From an uncultured Spirochaetota bacterium (GTDB taxonomy: Bacteria; Spirochaetota; Spirochaetia; SZUA-6; Fen-1364): a stretch of DNA of 64,000 nucleotides. The stretch's first letter is position 1; each line of letters opens with the position of its first letter. The stretch spans positions 1,536,001 through 1,600,000 of the forward strand of contig CAWGAA010000001.1 of the NCBI GenBank assembly GCA_963820525.1, given 5' to 3'. Shown here piece after piece: positions 58,488 to 64,000 of the stretch. The notes under the pieces were generated by a model. The model saw only the letters and a program-made list of their open reading frames with translations, was not told the DNA's origin and made no database searches. The translations under genes were made by a program, and so were the position numbers.

Positions 58488-59333
58488 TCAGCCGGCTTCG
58501 CGTCCCGCTGCGCGCAGCGCTTCTTCCACCTCCTGGATCACGGCATCGGGGGTGGAGGCGCCTGCAGATATTCCAACAATGGGGTAGCTAGAGACTTCAG
58601 CGGGGATCTCCGCCGCCCCTTCGATGTGCCAGGAAGGCCTGCCGGTCAGGAGCGCGGTCTGCAAAAGCCAGCAGGTGTTGGCGCTGTGTCTTCCCCCCAC
58701 CACGAGGATGGCGTCCACCTCCTTGGCCAGCGCAAGAAGGCTCTCCTGGCGCGTCTCCGTGGCCGCGCAGCTCGTATCGAAGACGACGATGTCGGGCTTC
58801 CTCAGCTTCAGGATGTGGCAGATCCTCTCGTACTCCGCCTTCTTGAAGGTTGTCTGGCCCACGACGATGCATCGCGGGGGAAGCTCGACGGTCCGGGCTT
58901 CCGCGATGGATGCGATCACGGAGGATCCTCCGGCGTACCCTCGAATCCCCTTCACCTCTCCATGGTCGGCGTCTCCGACGATGATGGCGTTGAAACCTCG
59001 CGCGGCATGCTGGCGCACTATCTCATGCACCTTCAGCACGTGGGGACAGGTCGCGTCAATGAGGCGCAGGCCCGCCCTTTCGCACTCCTCTCTCTGGCGG
59101 GGGCCGATCCCGTGCGCCCTGATGACGACGATGCCCCTCCGCACTCCCGATACATCCTCGATGGGAACCACCCCGCGCCTGCGAAACTCCTCCACCACGC
59201 GCGTGTTGTGGATGAGGGGGCCGAGGGTGTAGATGGGAACGCCGGGGTTCTCCGCGAGAGCCCGCTCCACGATGGCCAGAGCCCGGCGGACTCCCATGCA
59301 TACCCCGAGGGTATCGGCCCTCTTGACGATCAT
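58488..59333 (-). CDS. ispH: 4-hydroxy-3-methylbut-2-enyl diphosphate reductase
   Basis: GVCMGV, IHN, DATCP, QTT, SCAAT, SANT, AGASTP. Confidence 0.95.
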   Translation of the reverse strand: MIVKRADTLGVCMGVRRALAIVERALAENPGVPIYTLGPLIHNTRVVEEFRRRGVVPIEDVSGVRRGIVVIRAHGIGPRQREECERAGLRLIDATCPHVLKVHEIVRQHAARGFNAIIVGDADHGEVKGIRGYAGGSSVIASIAEARTVELPPRCIVVGQTTFKKAEYERICHILKLRKPDIVVFDTSCAATETRQESLLALAKEVDAILVVGGRHSANTCWLLQTALLTGRPSWHIEGAAEIPAEVSSYPIVGISAGASTPDAVIQEVEEALRAAGREAG

Positions 59334-59467
59334 GCTGGGAAATCTACATCCGAGGGGCGCCGATAATCAACGCCGCCGGCAGGGCGCGTCCCGCGCGGTT
59401 TGACTTTTGGCAAATACGTTCCTATCCTTTTCGTAGAACGTTCTCCAGAACAGAAAGGAGCATCACG

Positions 59468-60482
59468 ATGGCAGACCTCGGCATCACGTACATGGGAATA
59501 CCTCTCGCCAACCCCGTTATCGCGGGAGCGAGCGACCTGACCGCGAACATGGACGCTATCAAGCGGATGGAGCAGGCGGGAGCCGGAGCCCTCGTGCTGA
59601 AATCTCTTTTCGAAGAGCAGATCCAGCTGGAGAGATTCAAGCTCGAGGAGGATCAGCATCGGGGGGAAGCCGTGTACGCCGAGATGGCGAGCATCTTCCC
59701 CAAGTTCGAGCACGCGGGTCCCCGCGAGCACCTCATGTGGGTGGCCAAGAGCAAGGCAGCCGTGAAGATCCCGGTCTTCGCCAGCCTCAACGCCGTGAAC
59801 AAGGCTACCTGGGTCGAATACGCGAAGGCCCTGGCGGACCAGGGGGTCGACGGCCTGGAGCTGAACTTTTTCGCAACTCCGCGCGACGGCGAGATATCGG
59901 GCGCCAGCATCGAGGAGGAGCAGCTTGAAACCGTGGGGGAGATCATCTCCGCCGTGAAGATACCCGTGGCTGTGAAGCTCAGCCCCTTCTACTCCAACCC
60001 CCTCAACTTCATCGTGCGAATGGACCGGGCGGGCGTCAAAGGGCTGGTGCTCTTCAACCGCCTTTTCCATCCCGACATCGACGTGGAATCCCAATCCATC
60101 ATCCAGCCCTTCAACTTCTCCACCCATTCAGACAACCGCCTGCCCCTCCGCTACTCCGGCCTTCTCTACGGCAAGGTGAAATCCGATATAATCGCCAGCA
60201 CGGGAGTCATGACGGCGGCGGACGCGGTCAAGATGCTGCTCGCGGGAGCCACGGCAGTCCAGGTTGTGACGACCCTCTACAGGCATGGGATCGCCATCAT
60301 CGAGAGAATCGGACAGGAGCTTCTCCCGCTGGATGCAGAAGAAGGAGTACTCTTCTGTCGCGGAGTTCCGGGGCAGGCTCAGCCAGAAGAACATCAAGGA
60401 CCCATGGACATACACCAGGGCGCAATACGCGAAGATGCTCCTCGATCCCAAGGAGTTCATGGAGCCGGTGAAGCCGTATTGA
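59468..60482 (+). CDS. Dihydroorotate dehydrogenase-like flavoprotein, +1 frameshift near 60323
   Basis: KSLFEEQI, VKLSP, FNR, LLAGA.AVQV; the expected C-terminus (SRWMQKKEYSSVAEFRG..YTRAQY) is in another frame ending at TGA60482. Confidence 0.85.
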
Positions 60483-62287
60483 CAACCGCGCTCGTCCAGC
60501 TCCCCGCACCCGATTGCCAACCTCAGGCTTCAGCCGCAAATGTGCCCCTCGCCTCCGGGTACCTGAAGGCGTACGCCGTCGCGCGCGGCAGAGCCGGCGA
60601 AAGCGACATCAGGATCGCCCCTTCCCGCCTGACGCGTCACGGGGGTGACGAGGCGGTCCTCCAGTGGATCGCGGAGGCGGGGGCGTCCCTCATCGGATTC
60701 AGCGTCTCCCTGTGGAACCTCCAGAGAAGCCTCTTCCTCGCCCGCCGCATCAGAAAGCTCCTCCCTTCGGCCAGGGTCATCATCGGAGGACCCGAGGTTG
60801 CGGATGGCCAACCGGTGCTCGAAGACCCATCCGTGGATGCCTGCGTGATCGGGGAGGGAGAGCAGGCCTTCGCCCTGGCGCTGCACGACCTGCGGGAGGG
60901 GCGGCCTCTCCGCCGCCTGTACAAAGAGGAGCCCCTTGCCGAGCTTTCCGCTGTGCCGAACCCCTACCTCAGCGGAGCCATGGAGCGCGAGATCGACGAG
61001 CCCCTCTACCTTGAAACCATGCGGGGCTGCCCCTACCGCTGCGCCTACTGCTGCTACGGAAAGGCGTATCCGCGAGTCCGGACCTTCCCGCGGCCGCGAA
61101 TCGCCGAAATCTTCGCGTTGGCCCTGCGGACGAAAGCGCCCGAGATCTACTTCATGGACCCCTGCTTCAATTTCACGCCGGGGTGGGAGCGGACCCTCCA
61201 GACCATCGCGTCGCTCAACACCTCGGGGATTCCCCTGCACACGGAGATCAGGCTGGAGTCCATCACGGCGGAGAGGGCGGCGTTGTTCGCTGCCGCGGGC
61301 TTCAGGTCCGTGGAGGTCGGGCTTCAATCGGTCAACGAGCGCGCCCTGCGCGCGGTCGGCCGCTCCTGGGAGAGGGCCAAATTCACGGCCGGGGCAAGGC
61401 TTCTCAAGGAAGCGGGAGTCACGGTCAAGACCGGGGTCATCCTCGGCCTGCCGGAGGACACTCCCGAGGAATTCCAGGAGACGATGGAATTCCTGGAGGA
61501 ACACGATCTGGCCGAGGACATGGAGATCTATCCCCTGTGCGTGCTTCCCGGCACGCGCCTGCGGGATGAGGCGAAGAGCCTTGGAATCTCCTTCATGGAC
61601 GGCCCTCCCTATTGGGTGCTCTCCACTCCCACGATGAGCCAGTCCGACCTGATCCAGGCAATCCGCGGGGTCGAAGAGTCGAGGGGGATCGAGTTCTTCC
61701 CTCCCATCGTGCCGAACTTTTCCGAGCGGCGGGGAGAGTATCTCGGTTTCCTGGACCTGCGGCGGCAGGGAAGCGTCCGGCGGGCGGCTGGTTCAGCTGA
61801 AGTACTGGCGAACGAGCTGACGCTCTTGATCGACGCCGCCCAGCTCAGCGACCCTTCCCCTCTCGAGGATCTGGGGCGCCGCCTGCGCCAGCGAAACCCG
61901 TTCTGCCTCTATCACCTCGTCGTGGCAGGCGACGAACCCCTCGATGAGCGGGTCATGGAGGGCCTGGCCGAGGCGTTCTTTTTCCCCGGCCATTACTTCA
62001 ACATGGTCCACTCCTTCAGCGAGGACCCGCAGGGCAGGTTCTCCGTCCGCCTCTACAGGCTCGCTTCACGGCTCGACTCCGCCGAACGCGCCATGGCCGA
62101 GGAGCCGTGGGAAACGATCCTGCGCTGGTCCGCCGGGCTCCTTCCCGGAGGAAGGCGCCTCTTGGAACAGAAGCCTCTCCTTCTCATCGACGGAGAGCCT
62201 GGCGCTGCGGAGGAAGAGGAGCTCGCCACGACATACCGCGGCTTCGAGGGGCTCCTCCTCCGTGCGGGACGCCGGATACTCGATTGA
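60479..62287 (+). CDS. B12-binding radical SAM protein
   Basis: IIGGPEV, GEGE, RGCPYRCAYC, GLQS, ILGLP; TTG start overlaps the upstream TGA (ttga). Confidence 0.88.
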   Translation: MTTALVQLPAPDCQPQASAANVPLASGYLKAYAVARGRAGESDIRIAPSRLTRHGGDEAVLQWIAEAGASLIGFSVSLWNLQRSLFLARRIRKLLPSARVIIGGPEVADGQPVLEDPSVDACVIGEGEQAFALALHDLREGRPLRRLYKEEPLAELSAVPNPYLSGAMEREIDEPLYLETMRGCPYRCAYCCYGKAYPRVRTFPRPRIAEIFALALRTKAPEIYFMDPCFNFTPGWERTLQTIASLNTSGIPLHTEIRLESITAERAALFAAAGFRSVEVGLQSVNERALRAVGRSWERAKFTAGARLLKEAGVTVKTGVILGLPEDTPEEFQETMEFLEEHDLAEDMEIYPLCVLPGTRLRDEAKSLGISFMDGPPYWVLSTPTMSQSDLIQAIRGVEESRGIEFFPPIVPNFSERRGEYLGFLDLRRQGSVRRAAGSAEVLANELTLLIDAAQLSDPSPLEDLGRRLRQRNPFCLYHLVVAGDEPLDERVMEGLAEAFFFPGHYFNMVHSFSEDPQGRFSVRLYRLASRLDSAERAMAEEPWETILRWSAGLLPGGRRLLEQKPLLLIDGEPGAAEEEELATTYRGFEGLLLRAGRRILD

Positions 62288-62328
62288 CGCGGTAGACCAG
62301 CATTCCCCCGTCATCTATAGTCAGCGTG

Positions 62329-63057
62329 ATGAACGGTGGGCTTTCCATCCTCTTCGAGGATGAGCATCTCATCGCCGTGGACAAGCCCGAGGGAATGCAC
62401 ACTGCCCCCCTCCGAGAGGCGGAGAAAGGCACGCTCCTCGGCCTGATCATCCGGCGCTGCCCCGAGGTTGCGCATGTTGCGGGGCTGAAAGCGGTGGAAC
62501 CCGGGCTTCTCCACCGCCTGGATCGGGACACGTCGGGCATCGTCGTTGCAGCGCGCACCCGGGAAGCCTTCGAAGCCCTCCACGGGCAGTTCAACGGCGG
62601 CGATGTTCGAAAGCAATACATCGCGCTCTGCATGCCAGGCTCCCATGAGGAGCCGGCGCCGGGAGCGCGCCTTCACATTGAGAGCCGCTTCGCACCCTTT
62701 GGGCCCGGGAGAAAGAGAGTCCGCGCCATCTTCGCAGCCGATGAGGCCGCGGCGGGCAAGGGCGAGGCGACCAGAGAGAGCTACGCAACCGACGTTGAGG
62801 TGGGCGAGCGGCGAGGGGGAATCATCCTGGTCCGGGCAACAATCGTGAAGGGCTTCCGGCACCAGGTACGGGTCCACCTGGCCGCCCTCGGCCTCCCCAT
62901 ACTCGGGGACGCTCTCTACGGCGCGCCGGTTCCCGAGGGCGCGCATCGGCGCATGTACCTGCACGCCGCGGTTGTCGCGCTCAGACACCCGGCAAGCGGC
63001 GAGCCTCTGGAGATTCGATCCCCCCTGCCTGCGAGCTTCGAAGCAATCCTTTCCTAA
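62329..63057 (+). CDS. RluA-family pseudouridine synthase
   Basis: DKPEG, HRLDRDTSG, HQVRVH, GDALYG, LHA. Confidence 0.92.
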   Translation: MNGGLSILFEDEHLIAVDKPEGMHTAPLREAEKGTLLGLIIRRCPEVAHVAGLKAVEPGLLHRLDRDTSGIVVAARTREAFEALHGQFNGGDVRKQYIALCMPGSHEEPAPGARLHIESRFAPFGPGRKRVRAIFAADEAAAGKGEATRESYATDVEVGERRGGIILVRATIVKGFRHQVRVHLAALGLPILGDALYGAPVPEGAHRRMYLHAAVVALRHPASGEPLEIRSPLPASFEAILS

Positions 63058-63083
63058 TTCGCCAGTCTTCCTGATGACATTTT

Positions 63084-63097
63084 ATCACATTTGTGAT
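63084..63097. promoter_or_regulatory. Candidate operator palindrome upstream of MarR gene
   Basis: atcaca-tt-tgtgat in an AT-rich intergenic stretch. Confidence 0.45.
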
Positions 63098-63216
63098 TAT
63101 ATCAATTGTGACAGTTGGCGCGGAAAGAAGCCGGCCATGAGTCGGGCCCGTGGGCCGGCCGGTTGGCGCAGGCGGGAATCGATGCGGGAACGCGCGCCCC
63201 GGGAAGGAGACGGAAG

Positions 63217-63669
63217 GTGATATTCGACAAGGAGCCGGTGACGAGGCTCTTCGGCCTGGCCGCAGGCCTCCACATCAAGAGCCAGCGCATCGCGGAGAGG
63301 GAGCTGAAGGCGGTGGGCCTCACGTACGCCCAGTTCGGGGTGCTTGCCGCGATCGCGGAAAAGGACGGCAGGACCCAACGGGAGCTTGCCGACCGGATCG
63401 AGACCGACGCGAACACCCTCATGGTTGTCTGCGATTCCCTCGAGCGCAAAGGCCTGGCCAGGCGCTGCCCCGACCCCGCGGACCGCCGCATCAGGCGCAT
63501 CGCCCTGACTCCTTCGGGAGCGAAGACCTTCGCGAAGGCCCTGGCCATCGTGGAGGGGCTCTATCGCCCGCTCTCCCGGATCGTCTCCGAGCGGGAGCTC
63601 ACGGGCGCCCTGCCTCTCCTGGAAAAGATCTACACCCACCTGAAGGACCGGGAAGGAACCCGAGGATAG
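63217..63669 (+). CDS. MarR-family regulator
   Basis: GLTYAQF, TQRELA, LERKGL..DPADRR..LT; GTG start. Confidence 0.9.
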   Translation: MIFDKEPVTRLFGLAAGLHIKSQRIAERELKAVGLTYAQFGVLAAIAEKDGRTQRELADRIETDANTLMVVCDSLERKGLARRCPDPADRRIRRIALTPSGAKTFAKALAIVEGLYRPLSRIVSERELTGALPLLEKIYTHLKDREGTRG

Positions 63670-63678
63670 GAGGAACCC

Positions 63679-63786
63679 GTGCATCCCGTGACAATCACAG
63701 CAATCATCATGGGCTCGGCCGTGGGCGTCTTCATCGGGGGAGCGGTCGTCTTCCTCCTCGTGATGCTTCCCTTGACCGCCCTGTGA
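63679..63786 (+). CDS. 35-aa hydrophobic peptide, or N-terminus of a broken gene
   Basis: Strong RBS aggagg, GTG start, single TM-like stretch. Confidence 0.45.
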   Translation: MHPVTITAIIMGSAVGVFIGGAVVFLLVMLPLTAL

Positions 63787-64000
63787 AGCTGATTTACGAC
63801 CGCCTTGCAATAGAGTCGCGCCCCGTTCAAACGCTGCGGGCCGTCTTCCCGCCGTCCGTCGTGCATGGCGTGGAAGAGCCCCAGGGCGTGTCCGGCCACA
63901 TGTGGCTTCGCGTGCGCATGGACGGGAAGGAGTACGATGTGTGCCCGGGAAGGGTCTCCAACCGTCCGGGAGTGATTCACTTCCAGCTCCTCGGCCCCGT
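63783..64000 (+). CDS. Hypothetical protein, runs off the window end
   Basis: Open frame VKLIYDRLA..GHMWLRV..YDVCPGR; gtga overlap with the previous ORF. Confidence 0.45.
   Translation, partial: MKLIYDRLAIESRPVQTLRAVFPPSVVHGVEEPQGVSGHMWLRVRMDGKEYDVCPGRVSNRPGVIHFQLLGP

Noticed and set aside
59468..62287. Novel DHODH-radical SAM fusion enzyme
   Set aside because: Explained by a +1 indel; the proper DHODH-like C-terminus exists in another frame.
63784..63786. Selenocysteine readthrough of TGA
   Set aside because: Another in-frame TGA follows two codons later, and no redox motif or SECIS-like hairpin is evident.

Overview
GC-rich bacterial chromosome segment, probably Spirochaetota (inferred from gene types such as the tandem cNMP-domain proteins, the DbpA-domain protein and the rpoE/anti-sigma/IPT-transglutaminase cluster). 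Bases 1-5.7 kb are the right end of an integrative island beside a tRNA-Pro(TGG)/tRNA-Arg(TCT) pair. It holds two intact, convergent tyrosine recombinases. Between them are short AT-richer cargo units: a 94-aa ORF, a 78-aa ORF and a three-gene DUF3467-like / DUF5678-like / retropepsin-like operon. Each unit is preceded by a decayed copy of an integrase 3' tail, and a fourth remnant lies on the minus strand. This stacked 'integrase-tail + promoter + cargo' array is the most unusual structure in the window. The remaining ~58 kb is mostly housekeeping: argR (CTG start), polX-nth, era, mtnP, clpP, purC, argJ, infA, trmB, ilvY-ilvC-ilvD, GH9, pepT, alr, tpx, a sugar ABC transporter, tRNA-Cys, cysS, murB, ackA, ispH, a radical SAM enzyme, an RluA-family enzyme and a MarR regulator. 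It also holds a candidate sRNA, an uncalled 54-aa zinc-binding ORF, a degenerate DEAD-box protein and a REP-like repeat. Two single-base frameshifts (argJ and the DHODH-like gene) are probably sequence errors. All family assignments are from motif recognition, not database searches.
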